A DNA stretch of 38,390 bases from Macrostomum lignano (lineage: Eukaryota): contig NIVC01000141.1 in NCBI GenBank assembly GCA_002269645.1, positions 1 through 38,390 of the forward strand. The letters are read 5' to 3'. Made by a program: the position numbers and the translations under genes. Within the stretch, counting starts at the first letter, position 1; the number at the start of each line of letters is the position of its first letter. Under the pieces are notes generated by a model. The model had not been told where the DNA came from, made no database searches, and worked only from the letters and a program-made list of their open reading frames with translations. Positions 9,971 to 24,615 of this stretch are shown in pieces.

Positions 9971-11956
9971 ATGAGTAAAAGCAGCAGTGCCAGAACGCAC
10001 GAAGATGCTCGTCTCATCGTCTGCCTCATCTGCATGCATAAGGGCAAGGAAATGCGCCGGATAAATGAGCACATGCAGTCACTCATCTCAGAGTTCAAGA
10101 TGCATGGCTACGATACGCAGGACGATCGGCTACCAAGTGCTCTGTGCACAAAATGCAGGATAACGCTGCTAGAGTACGAGAAAGGAAACTTTTCGTCCTC
10201 GCTGCCCGACTTCGACCACTCTAAGATTGGAGCCCAGCCTCCTCGAACACGAAGCCGAGCAGCTACTCGATGCAACTGTATTGTGTGTCAGGCTGCCAGA
10301 GAAAGCTCCGCAAACTTTGGACATCCAGCAGCAGTTAATCGGCGACCACGAGGAAGGCCAAGCGCTGACAGTCAAAGTAGGATTGGTTGCGAGCCCACTG
10401 CCAGCACTGTGTCAAAAACTCGACGCCCAGTCAGCATGAAGCTCTGTGTGAAGTGCCTCTCGCAGCTAAATCGAGGCAAGTCACATGTCTGTACTCCTGC
10501 TACAAGGGCACATAATGCAGAAGGCTTTTACATGGAAGTGGAGCCACCATCTCAGAGTACGCCGAAGCAACCACAGCAGCTGAGCGTCAGCAGCATGGTG
10601 AGCATTCAGCAGGATATGGGCCTCAGCACGCGCTCTATGCTGAAGCTGGCTCACCATATTAGAGCAGCGTCGGGTTCAAAAACAGCTGTAGAGTCGTACC
10701 TCCAACAAAAGCTGTCTGACATTCACCACCAGCTCGACAGCTTTTTTGAACTACAACAGTTGGACTTCGTCAACATGGAGCGAGGAGTTGTGACAGAAGT
10801 AACATCACGTCCAGCTGTTATTTGTGTGCGCATTCAGCAGCTTCTCGAGCAAATTATTCAAGAAAGACAACTGAACCCATCGACCTGTATGATTAAGGTT
10901 GGCATTGATGGAGGTGGTGGGTTCTTCAAGATCTGCCTGTCTGTGTTTGATTCCAGTTGGTGTGTTGACTCCACTGAGCCTTCGCAGGCAGCCTGTAGCA
11001 GCAACTCTCGCAGCAGTCGGCTAAAGCACTCCGGTGTTAAACGAATTCTTATTGTAGCCATCGCACCAGCCATTCAAGAAAATTACCAGAACCTGGAGTT
11101 GCTGTGGAGGGCAGCTGGACTGAGCAGTCTTCAAGGCAAATTTACCATCGCTAGCGACTTAAAGCTGTGCAACATGCTGCTTGGGCTTATGGCTCACAGT
11201 GCTGCTCATCCCTGCTGCTGGTGCGATGCCCACAAGAATAAGCTATTGCAGAAGGGCACAGATCGCACACTGAAGCTTCTCGAAGACAGCCATGCAAACT
11301 TCCAGGCTTCTGGCTCCAAGCTTGCAGCTGCCAAGAATTTTGGAAATGTGGTACGTCCCTGTCTTCTAGAAAATTTCCCAGCCTCAACAATGGTCCTAGA
11401 AATTGTACCACCGCCCGAACTGCACCTGCTAACTGGAGTAGTAAATACCATTTACTGTAGTATGCAGTCAGTGTGGCCAGAGTGTGACAGATGGCTGCAT
11501 CACTGCCACGTCGCCAGGGAGGCAATTCACGGCGGCAGTTTTACCGGCAACAGCTGCAAAGTGCTCCTGCAGAATGTTGATGCTCTGGCATCGATGTGCC
11601 CGCTACAGTGCTTGCCGTACGTTGCTGCACTGCGCTGCTTCAGGCTTGTTGTGTCCAGCTGCTTTGGCAATGAACTGGCCTCCAATTTCCAGCAGACGAT
11701 CGCTGATTTTCAAGTGGCGTTCATGGACCTCGGGATCTCAGTGACACCGAAAGTTCACACAGTGCTGCATCATGTGCCACAGTTCTGTTTGATGCAACAG
11801 CGAGGACTTGGTCCCTGGAGTGAACAGGCATCTGAAGCAGTGCACCACGACTTTCAGCAGCTATGGGCGAACTTCAAGGTCAAGGATGTAGAAAATCCCA
11901 GCTTTGGAAGTCATTTGCTTCAGGCTGTGCGTCATTATAATAGCCGACATGTGTAG
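9971..11956 (+). CDS. RAG1-core-like DDE transposase with N-terminal Chapa-type Zn motifs (~661 aa from the first ATG)
   Basis: N-terminus H-x7-C-x2-C...C-x2-C...C-x2-C...RGRP, then C-x2-C-x9-H-x-C. Core motifs: KVGIDGGGG (D, nt 10907); ASDLKL..LLGL..HPCCWC (D, nt 11156; compare RAG1 GYDEKL..GL..CTLC); TPKVHTVLHH (compare YFHKTLAH); GLGPWSEQASEAVH (E, nt 11834; compare GAWASEGNESGNK). The first ATG is at 9971; the ORF track starts at an upstream TTG. Confidence 0.92.
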   Translation: MSKSSSARTHEDARLIVCLICMHKGKEMRRINEHMQSLISEFKMHGYDTQDDRLPSALCTKCRITLLEYEKGNFSSSLPDFDHSKIGAQPPRTRSRAATRCNCIVCQAARESSANFGHPAAVNRRPRGRPSADSQSRIGCEPTASTVSKTRRPVSMKLCVKCLSQLNRGKSHVCTPATRAHNAEGFYMEVEPPSQSTPKQPQQLSVSSMVSIQQDMGLSTRSMLKLAHHIRAASGSKTAVESYLQQKLSDIHHQLDSFFELQQLDFVNMERGVVTEVTSRPAVICVRIQQLLEQIIQERQLNPSTCMIKVGIDGGGGFFKICLSVFDSSWCVDSTEPSQAACSSNSRSSRLKHSGVKRILIVAIAPAIQENYQNLELLWRAAGLSSLQGKFTIASDLKLCNMLLGLMAHSAAHPCCWCDAHKNKLLQKGTDRTLKLLEDSHANFQASGSKLAAAKNFGNVVRPCLLENFPASTMVLEIVPPPELHLLTGVVNTIYCSMQSVWPECDRWLHHCHVAREAIHGGSFTGNSCKVLLQNVDALASMCPLQCLPYVAALRCFRLVVSSCFGNELASNFQQTIADFQVAFMDLGISVTPKVHTVLHHVPQFCLMQQRGLGPWSEQASEAVHHDFQQLWANFKVKDVENPSFGSHLLQAVRHYNSRHV

Positions 11957-14086
11957 GACATGTAGTCAGTGTGGACTTTGACATTGTTTTCACTCTTAAT
12001 GTGTAATTTATATTGACATTGTACAACTACGTTTCAAGCTGAGTTTTTATATTGTACAAGCATTCTTTAAACTTATACTAATAATATAATTTATTAATGT
12101 TGAAAGAAAAACATTGAATAATGTTTTTGATACCAATTTGCCTATTATAGCCTGTATCAAAGCAAAAAAATGAAAACAGCATGAAACAGCATGAAAAACA
12201 GAAAAACAGTAGTTACTCAGCAACCGCTCGACAAGATTTTTTTAATATTGTGGCTTCCTCTCTAGAAAAATGTGATCTATTAATGATGGTAAAAATCTTG
12301 AGTGGCCATTTTTTTCAGAAAATCTTACCAAAGAAATACACTGTGGTGGACAAACGTCAATTCGTGAAACAGTATCCTGTGGCTCTATTTTCACTGAATT
12401 GCTTAACAAATTTGCATGATCAATATCCTATCAGAAATTGCAACCAACATGAATTAGTAATAAACATACTTATTGAAGGTTAGAGATCGAGAGAAGCAAA
12501 TCGCGAACCTTTATTTGTTTTAGTCGTTATCAGCTGCTTTCAATCATGGCATACATTCATCATGTAATACAGCTACTCTTAACACCTAAGGCTAATGAGA
12601 GTTCTCCCTTTTATTTAATTCAGTGCTAGCTGCAGTATGCACATGTAAATGGATTCATTGTGCAATTTACTGTATAAGAACCAAAAACAGTTTCTCTATA
12701 ATTAATGGAAATACTGAACAAGAATTATATGGGAGCTACATGTATGAAGTTTGCTACTAGCAGGAATTTTGCTAGTAGCAATTGGATTTTGCACGTAATA
12801 TAGATTAATCTAGCTCTTTGACATTGATTATGTTTTACCGCAGAAGGCAGGTACTTAAAGTTTTAACATACATACTAACATACCACTCTCAGCCTAAGTA
12901 TACATGTAGCTGGTAGTGACCGCACGAGCTAGAAGCTTTAATACGATCGTACAACATGTACGGATCAGAGAGTTGGCTGACTAACTTTGTCAATAAGCAA
13001 ACAAATAAGAGAACAAGGCACCAAGTTCGGCTGGCAAAATCCTTGCTACAAAATTCCTTCTTGTAAGCTTCGGCTAGCAAACTACGGCTAGAATATTTCG
13101 GCAAGCAAATTTCTCGACAGCATTTAATTGGGCTAGCTATAGCATATCGATCGTACCTGCACCCAAGAAAAAACATGCCGGATTTTAAAATAAGACACAT
13201 TTAATTCTCATAACGCTATCGATTTTCAGTATGGAGCTTCTATCAACACTTAGAGCGTTTTTAGGCCAGGCCAGGAACACCTGAAGCCCTGAATGACCAA
13301 GAGGTTTTGTTCTGGCTAATTATTACGACGTGCTAACAGAATAAATGAAATTAAAATTAAAGTCCAGAAAACGTACGAAAAATTTATAATAGTCGTAGCT
13401 GTTTAATTCAGGTATCTAAAAAACTTGAAAAAGTTACCTTTGACGATAACAACTTGTTATAACTTTTGTAAAAGTAAATTATTTTCAAAAAAATGAAATC
13501 TGACGAGTTATAGAATATAGGTCCCTCGATAAACCTCTTTCCTTACGAGATTTTCCAAACTTGACCACTAAAATACCATACAATTGGAACTAAAATATAT
13601 CAATTGCGTAAGAGCCCCCCCCCCAGGGCTGAGGCGCAGGGCCTTTGTTTGCCCATTACTTATAAACTGAACTGAACTTTCTTTGCGAGAAAGGAATGAT
13701 CCCTGTTCCGGAGCATCGATTGGCAGGAAAATAGAAGGAATTGCATGTTTTTACACATTTACTACAGGCGTAATTGTGCAAATTTTAGAAAATTTTCGAT
13801 CTCGTAAATTAGGTTCTACTTCTAGGGCTAGGCCAGGCCTACTCATCAAAAATTGCCAAGTTATATGAAAGATGGTTCCTTGTAGAATTGTTGTCAGTTT
13901 TAGTCAGCTACTAGGCCAAGACATAGTTTTATTTTGAATATGGAATATATGCACTAAATTAGGCTACTAAATTAGGCCTTTTTAACCAGGCAGGCAATAC
14001 AAAAAATTGTATTTGTTACATCAAATTTGTTGAATAAATATAGAAAAGCATTTACTTTACAGAGAGCTTGTGTTGTTATGTGCATC

Positions 14087-14266
14087 TTGCATGGCAGCTG
14101 TACACCCAGTGTTTAAATTGCATGCATGGCAGCTACAGCTATCCATCCACATATTGTTTAAATTGTATGCATGGCAGCCATCCATTCCACTAACCTTGTA
14201 GGCCTTTTTAATTGCCTAGTAGGCAGTTTTAATTGCATGCATGGCAACCATCTACCCAATGTTTAG
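14087..14266. repeat. Irregular imperfect direct repeat, 4 copies of a (TTTAAA)TTGCATGCATGGCAGC core
   Basis: The core recurs at ~14087, 14118, 14163 and 14230. Confidence 0.55.
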
Positions 14267-16442
14267 AATTAGATATCTTCCAGTTTGTTTTGCAATATTA
14301 TTCTCAAGTTTGAATTGGTGCTACAATGTAATGACACATTAGAAAATGATGTCTATTGCCAAAAGGGATGCAAAATAGCACTATACTATTAAAGACATTC
14401 TTATTTCACTGGCTATCTAAGGAATTTCTATGGCACCACTTATACCTTGGCATAACATTTGGTGGCTAGACCTGGTGCTGTGTTGCATTGGGTGTCACAT
14501 TATTATCCTCTGTAACTAGATCCTCTGTTTTCTACCCTCCAACTGTTACTGTTACTTGTCTGCTTCTATTTCATATCTCTTTTGGGCATAGGTATTGTTT
14601 TCTAATGTTTCACTATATTGATATACCATTTTAAACTAAAATAAACAGGCAAATAATATTGCAAAACAAACTAGAAGATTGCCGAATTTTTTAATTGCAT
14701 ACATGGTAGTCAGCAGATGAGCAATATTGCAAATACCAAATTGGATCCTTTCCCTCAAATCTGTATATTGCTACTCACAGAACTAATAATTTATTAGGCC
14801 TACTTGTTTCATCTTATACAATGTAATCTCAATTTCTTGCAAATCTCTTTGTATTCTTGAGCATCTTTGCATTTCTACTTTTTTGCAAGGCCAACAGATT
14901 TTTTACTAGCCAACTACTGATATATCTACATCTATAGTTGTTTTTAATGAATAAGGGCAGCAACACCTTGTGGGTGCTTAATAGAAATGAATTGCATCTA
15001 GCCAGCAACAATTAACTTACCCCACTAACTAAGGCTAAAAAGGAAGATCAACCTGCTAAAGTGGCAAATGATAATCACCAAAATCTGCCTATTAGTCTGC
15101 TTGACAACCTTTGCAATGCCAAACTAGTTGTTGGCAGTTGTTGCAACAGAAGCATCTTGCCTGCTATTCACTGTAATATAGATCACTTGTGATTATAAGA
15201 CCTGTAAAAGCATCATACCTTCTTGGGTATGCATCCTATAAATGCAGATTAACTTCTATCTATACAACCTTCCTTGTCACCTTGTTGCTCTTGCCATTGT
15301 TCATTTTGCACCCTTATTCACACATTTTTATTCCTGGCTCTATTTAAGATGGGCCATGATATAGTATGGCTAGCAAGTCCCATTAGCCAAGCAAGAGTTT
15401 TTTTATATTTTGCTTTACTAGGTTTCCTAATATCTAAAAAACAAAATAACTAAATTTTTAACTGTTCTATAACTAGAAAAATAATAAATATTGCTATCAC
15501 TTTGTCCTAATAGTTATAGTTTCATTTGATTGCTTAACATAAATAGATTATACGAAAAGGCACTGTAAATGATTAAGTCAGTAGCTCTGGCCCACTGATT
15601 CTAATTAAGAATAGTAATAAATCAATATTTTTACAACCAATACCCATGCCTTAGCCTTTTCTGTTGTTATAGAATTTCACACATTCTTTTAGGTTTCCAT
15701 ATCTGCTTGATTTTTTTCCATCTATCATAGTCTTTTTTGAATGGTAGGATGACCTGCCGATTGAACTGCAACTAGCCTTTTAAATACTCCTGTCTTGTCT
15801 TATTTGACTAAAATTAGGGCATTTAGTAAATGTTTTCTGTGACAACTTTTATTGGGGAAGTCTAGAACAAAGTACAGCAGTTGTTAAATGTATTTTGGTA
15901 AGTAACCTTATTCACATGTCAAAGCAGTATTTAAAGCAGCTAATTTGGCAGCTGACTGCCTAATCAAATAAAAATTTTATTTGCTTCTTTGATTTTATTT
16001 GCTTTTGATAATTTTATTTGCTTTTATTGTTTCTTTGACACTCAAGTATTCTATTTGCAATTAGTCATTGTGTGGTATAAAAAGCTCATTTCAAAGCTTT
16101 TATAAATGCAGACAACCATTACAAGTTTGTACAAGCTGTTTACAAAAGTTGAAATCAGCAATGGAAGCATTTCTTTTTTTGTTTTAATATGAGCTATATG
16201 TGATAATTTGTTTATCACAATTATCTCATTTCCTAACTGTCAATGAAGCTTAATGTTTATCACTTTTTGACTTCTATTAATAATTTTTTTCAAATTTGAC
16301 TTAGCAGCTTCTATTATGTGAAAGATGAATAGCAGACACAGCATTTTGTTATTGCTAGTCCAAAAAAAAAGGAAAGTAATGTTAGATAGAGTTGCAAGTA
16401 TTGCATATCGCGAAAGCCTAGATAATAAAATAATTACAATTA

Positions 16443-18075
16443 ATGGCTTCCGCCTTTGCCTGTCGTTTGCGGCAGAGCCTTCTTGGCCGGCTGCCAGGCC
16501 TGTCCAATGCTCGCCGGCTTCTGTCGGCTCCGCCATCTGGCATGCCGCCCGACGATGAGAAGCCAATGTTCCCCGGCTCGCGGTCGAGCTTTACCACCCA
16601 GCTGGACTTTATCCATCCGGAGAACTTCGAAGGAATTCCCGTTTATAGATTAGTGAACCGACGCGGCGATCTAGTTGATGGAGCGCCGGAACCTACTCTG
16701 GCTGGCAACAAAGACCTGTGCCTGCAAGTGTACGAGACAATGCTCCAGCTTAATATTATGGATAAGATTCTGTACGATTCACAGAGACAGGGTCGGATCA
16801 GCTTCTACATGACCAGCTTTGGCGAGGAAGGCATTGTTGCCAATGCGGCCGCTCTTAATCCAAACGATCTTGTGTTCTGCCAATACCGCGAATCCGGCGT
16901 TCTCATGCAGCGCGGCATGGAGCTGGAACGCTTCATGGACCAGTGCTACTCTAACGATAGCGATATAAACAGGGGCCGTCAGATGCCAGTTCACTATGGC
17001 AGCAAAGATCACAGCTTTGTGACCGTGTCTTCTCCGCTGGCTACCCAAATGCCGCAGCTAGCGGGGCCGCCTACGCGTTCAAACGGATGCAGAACGGCCT
17101 GTGCGTTGTTTGCTACTTTGGCGACGGCTCAGCGTCGGAGGGCGACGCGCATGCCGCTTTGAACTTTGCCGCCACGCTAGACTGCCCCGTAATGTTTGTC
17201 TGCCGAAATAACGGCTACGCAATATCTACGCCTACGTCTGATCAATATCGCGGCGATGGTATAGCGATTCGGGGCCCGGCATTTGGCATACCGACTGTTC
17301 GAGTCGATGGCAACGATGTGTTCGCTCTGTACGAGGTGACTCAACAGGCCCGACAGCTGTGCTTAACTGAGATGCGGCCGACTCTAATTGAGATGATGAC
17401 TTATCGATTGGGGCATCACAGCACGTCGGATGACAGCTCGGCTTATCGGTGAGTTTTTGCTTTAGCTGTCGCGCGTTACCAGGTAATACTGCAGAGTTTT
17501 CTACTGTTGCCTACCTAATTGGAGCCGTGCCGAACAGGGGGGGGGGGTTGACCAGTCGCAGGAGACTTTGGGCACTGCAGCAAACTTCCTGTCAGTGAAC
17601 TCTTACTCGCTGGAAGTCCTTTGAATTTTGGTATCTCAGCATTGCTCAGATCGGACTGGGTGTAAACACATAGACTTTATGCACCATGGAATGGGTGTGC
17701 TGATTTGAAAATATAAATTCGTGATTCGACTGGCTATTTCTCTATTTTCCTTACAGTTCCGTTGACGAGTTAAGCTTCTGGGATCGGGAAGATAATCCGA
17801 TAATTAGGATGAGAAAATTTCTCACCAAACGCGGCTGGTGGAGCGACGAACAGGAGACGGCGACTAAGCAAGCGATTAGAAAACGGGTGCTGCAGAAATT
17901 TGCCCAAGCCGAGAAGCGATTGAAGCCGAATCCTATGGAGATGTTTAGTGACGTCTGGGCTCGAATGCCGCCGAGGCTGCGCCAACAGATGGAGGATACT
18001 AGGCGCCATCTGGAGGCTGAGACCAGCCACTATCCCGAGTTAAAGAACTATAAACCTATAGCTGATGTTGAGTAG
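16443..18075 (+). CDS. BCKDHA: 2-oxoisovalerate dehydrogenase E1 alpha (mitochondrial); exons 16443-17448 and 17757-18075; -1 frameshift at ~17057
   Basis: Motifs [26 protein letters not shown]-like ([11 protein letters not shown]), [21 protein letters not shown] (ThDP motif), [11 protein letters not shown] and [15 protein letters not shown]|SVDE. GT-AG intron at 17449-17756. Restoring one G at CAG(G)CTAGC joins the two ORF-track frames. Confidence 0.93.
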
Positions 18076-18254
18076 ACTATTATGTAATAGCCACGCTTCT
18101 AACTGACTGATCAATAATCGTAGAACTAATTAATTTATATAACAGGCCTTGTCTTCACTCCTCCCACTAGGCTTTAAGTAAATTGGGCAAATTGGGCCAT
18201 CATTGTGATCCTGTACTGTAAGTCAACTGGTTTACAGATTCACACTATGTAAAT

Positions 18255-18570
18255 GGGACAGGGCAGCTCAGCAGTAAATTACGCGCCTGACTCGCGCGCC
18301 ACGACCCCTTGGTTCGATTCCGTGTGCGGCTACAATAATTTTTAGATCGTGCGAGTCCCATCCATAAGGGCCAGCCCCCAAGGCACTGAGAGTGTACATG
18401 CCTGACGATTAGACAGTCAGGACGGCTGTACACCCTGTGTGAGCGTGTGTACGAGTGCGTGCCTGCGTCAGCGGACTGGGCAGTTGCCGTCAGCGCTGGA
18501 GTGTGGAACAATTTTGCCAAAGGCGTTGCACCAGGGTGCCCGTAATCCTCTTGCAAATATTAATTAATTC
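18255..18570 (+). mobile_element. tRNA-derived SINE, family A
   Basis: A-box-like CAGCTCAGCAG and B box GGTTCGATTCC (18311-18321). The body (GGGCCAGCCCCCAAGGCAC.., TGTGTGAGCGTGTGTACGAG, GTCAGCGGA.TGGGCAG, CACCAGGGTGC) recurs at 19980-20500. AT-rich tail. Confidence 0.75.
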
Positions 18571-19321
18571 ACACTAATTGGATCAATTTTAAGTTCTTCG
18601 TGTGTGCAGTCATTTTGACGCAGTTCAGTTGCTCGTGTTTCTCAATCCAGACCATATTTCAAGCCGTGTTGTGTACAGTTTGCATTAATCAACTTCGAAA
18701 ATGGAATATGCAACCAATTGGTTTTTGAGTCTCAGGCTTGTCAATTACGGTTAATTTCTTTTCTAAGTTGTTTATCTTAATTTTTAGTAAAAGTTCTATA
18801 TACTCGTATATTAAGTTTCTTTTCAATTTATTACGCAGGGTACGTAGGCGATTAGAAATGTACTTCCAAATACAGTCATTGCGTTCCGAGTAAATCCTTA
18901 TTGGTTGCCTATAATTTGTATTTGTTATGCGTATTCCGCGTAAAACTGTTCCTCATTCAACTCTATAGAAGATGTTTTTCTCATTCATGCTACTTTGCCA
19001 GAAAGATATAAAGTAGTATTGTTAGCGTTCCAACAATTGTATTAAGAATTGTTGGCATTTTGTCTCTTGTGTTTTTCCACTGGATACAGCAGGGATCGGT
19101 AAACCTTTTTTGTTGGTTTTTGCTGCAGGCCAGGTACAAGAGGAAAATAGAGGGAAGAGGGGAGAAAAAAAGGCAAGGAGATGAGAATAGGTATATAAAC
19201 CTTAAGCGGGCCGGATTGCTTTTGTGAAGTTTCAAGGGACACGGATAGAGAGATAACCCATCGATTACAGTCATCACAGAAAATTTATTTATCGCCCATA
19301 AGCTTGTAGATTTCACAATGA

Positions 19322-21382
<2,061 letters not shown>

Positions 21383-21395
21383 CTGTTCTGTATAA

Positions 21396-21825
21396 CAGGG
21401 GTTGGAAAACTTTTTACCTCAAGGGCGATAGGGGGGAGATAGGAGACGGAATAAAAAAGAGATGAGAGATGAGATAAGAGACAAGAGAAGGGAGAGGAGA
21501 GGATGGGAGAGGAGAAGAGGAGAGGAGAAGAGAGAAAAGATAAAGGACAAAAAAAAAGAGAGGAGAGAAGAAGAGAGAAGAGGAGGAAGATGAGATGAGA
21601 GGAGGGAGAGAAGAGGAGGGGGAGGAGAGAAGAGAAGAGAGAAGAGGAGGAAGATGAGAGGAGGGAGAGAAAAGGAGGGGGAGGAGAGAAGACAAGAAAG
21701 AAGAGGAGGAAGATGAGATGAGAGGAGGGAGAGGAGGGGGAGGAGAGAAGAGAAGAGGAGGAAGATGAGATGAGAGGAGGGAGAGAAGAGAAGGAAGCCC
21801 GCTGTCGGAGTGTTGCCGACCCCTG
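21396..21825 (+). mobile_element. hAT (Charlie-like) MITE filled with a GA-rich polypurine tract
   Basis: Ends are CAGGGGTTGGAAAAC and GTGTTGCCGACCCCTG. The interior ~21430-21795 is almost pure A/G. The 8-bp flanks match only 5/8, so a TSD is not firm. Confidence 0.7.
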
Positions 21826-22236
21826 TTTTATTAAAGCAGGGCTGCAGGACTATTGTCATTATTTAACTTAAATCTGAACTAAGCATGTATTAACGGACTG
21901 CTTCTTAGTAGCAATCAACTGGTTTTTTTTGTGCTAGCATCTCAAATTTTAAATTACCTGCTATGCTTTTTTACTAATACGTATAAATACGGCATTTCTA
22001 ATTGACTCGGTGTTCAATTGCGGCAGTTATTTTAAGATGCGGCTTATTTTTGTATCACAGTTTACTCGATCTCGGTGAACTAATTTTTAAAACATCGCGT
22101 GCTAAATTTAATAAAGGACAAAGAATTTAGTAGTGTTTTTAAATACTACACTAAATAAACCGACTGACGTATCATACGGTTGAAAGTTAATACTTCTTAA
22201 GGCGCTGTGTTGTGAATCCTGTTGGAATTTCTTTGA

Positions 22237-23262
<1,026 letters not shown>

Positions 23263-24045
23263 TTTTACTTGCAATTCAGAACGGCTTTACAATTATTTAC
23301 TATTTTTATTACTATTAGTAGTTTTTAACCTCCGGTTTATACTGCACGATAATTATTGTTGATGACGAATCTCTACGGTACAGCGAAATGTAATAATGCT
23401 AGGGCACGCTTCATCCAGTGCATCCGCACCATAAATGATGCACCATATGCACTGACTGTAATGACGAGCTGTCTATTTTTCTAAGCACCCCTTTTCTGTC
23501 AATCGCATTTTTTGTCAGCTGATCAAGTAATTAATTTGTCCAGCTTATGGCGCATTTTGTCTCTATATAATTTCTACTGCAATGATTTATAAGCAACAAT
23601 AATATGCCCTTAGTACATACAAAGTACATGCACAAATAAAGCTTGATAATGTAAGCCCATAACTATAATTATTATTAGGTATTTTTTCGTCTTAGTAAAC
23701 AATAATAAAATGTCAAATTATCGTACTTCTAATACAAAAAAATGAGTTTATGTTCAATATTTTCTTTCATTTTTCGTCTAGCTAGGGTCGTCACAATGCT
23801 TTGAAAAGAGTTCAGGAAAAGGCTAGTTTATTAACATTATAATGACAATGACAATTGGTTAAATTGGAAACTGCGGTTGCTGTGCTAGTTAAGCAGAGTT
23901 GGCTCTGGATAGTACGCGACTGAATAGGCTTGTCACCAATCAAAGGAGGCGCCGTGTGACAGCAAGTGATGAATTTAGCTTGCCTCGATCTTGTATAATA
24001 TATAAAAGTATTAATTAAACCGGTGTCCCGCTGAGTGGCCAGCAA

Positions 24046-24615
24046 ATGTCCGGGCCTAGCGGTGAATTGCCGCTACCGGCTGTGGCCGAGCGCATGAACA
24101 ATCCCCGCAATCCTGTCGTATTCTTCGACATCACAGTCGGCGGCCAAGAGATCGGCCGGATGCAGTTCGAACTATTTGCCGATGTTGTACCAAAAACTGC
24201 CGAAAATTTTCGCCAATTTTGTACCGGCGAGTTTTGCAAAGACGGCGTGCCGTTAGGCTACAAAGGCTCGGCTTTTCATCGCGTTATTAAAGGCTTCATG
24301 GCTCAGGGCGGCGATTTTATTAATGGCGACGGTACGGGCGTTTGCAGCATCTATGGCGGCCCGTTCGGTGACGAGAACTTCAGCTGCACGCACTCGTGCG
24401 CCGGCATGCTGTCTATGGCCAATTCTGGTCCGCATAGCAACGGCTGCCAGTTCTTCATCACCTGCGACTCTTGCGACTTTCTTGACAAGAAGCACGTGGT
24501 ATTTGGCCAGCTAGTTGATGGGCAGCTGGTGTTGAGAAAGATTGAGAATGTGCCAATTGGAGCTAATAATAAGCCGAAAGTTCCTGTGCTGATTTCTCAG
24601 TGCGGTGAAATGTAA
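24046..24615 (+). CDS. PPIH: Peptidyl-prolyl cis-trans isomerase H (U4/U6 snRNP cyclophilin), intronless
   Basis: [74 protein letters not shown] and the terminal ISQCGEM* are diagnostic of PPIH. Confidence 0.96.
   Translation: MSGPSGELPLPAVAERMNNPRNPVVFFDITVGGQEIGRMQFELFADVVPKTAENFRQFCTGEFCKDGVPLGYKGSAFHRVIKGFMAQGGDFINGDGTGVCSIYGGPFGDENFSCTHSCAGMLSMANSGPHSNGCQFFITCDSCDFLDKKHVVFGQLVDGQLVLRKIENVPIGANNKPKVPVLISQCGEM

Larger units (their letters stand above)
9310..12345 (+). mobile_element. Intact RAG1-related DNA transposon (Chapaev/Transib-like), 3,036 bp
   Basis: Termini are CACAGTG (9310) and CACTGTG (12339-12345). Imperfect TIRs of ~170 bp lie at ~9310-9480 and ~12175-12345. The 4-bp TSD GTGG is perfect (9306-9309 / 12346-12349). 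There is one uninterrupted transposase ORF. Confidence 0.92.

Noticed and set aside
11957-12345. RAG2-like partner gene within the RAG1-related element
   Set aside because: Only ~390 bp lies between the stop and the right end, mostly TIR, and no kelch or PHD ORF is present on either strand.
12751-12781. Perfect 12-bp hairpin (TTGCTACTAGCA-7nt-TGCTAGTAGCAA) as a Helitron end or terminator
   Set aside because: The stem is AT-rich, no CTRR end follows at the expected distance, and no 5' TC end was identified.
12889-13200. 103-aa minus-strand ORF
   Set aside because: No recognisable motif, no convincing splice partners, and it lies in AT-rich intergenic DNA.
14950-15330. Minus-strand reading with a Cys cluster (RCFCCNNC..HCKGC) interrupted by several TAG stops
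   Set aside because: It could be a C>T-decayed coding relic, but I cannot assign it to any family without a tBLASTn or HMM search.
17040-17100. Programmed ribosomal frameshift in BCKDHA
   Set aside because: There is no slippery heptamer or obvious stimulatory structure. A lost G in a GG pair is simpler and matches other indels in the window.
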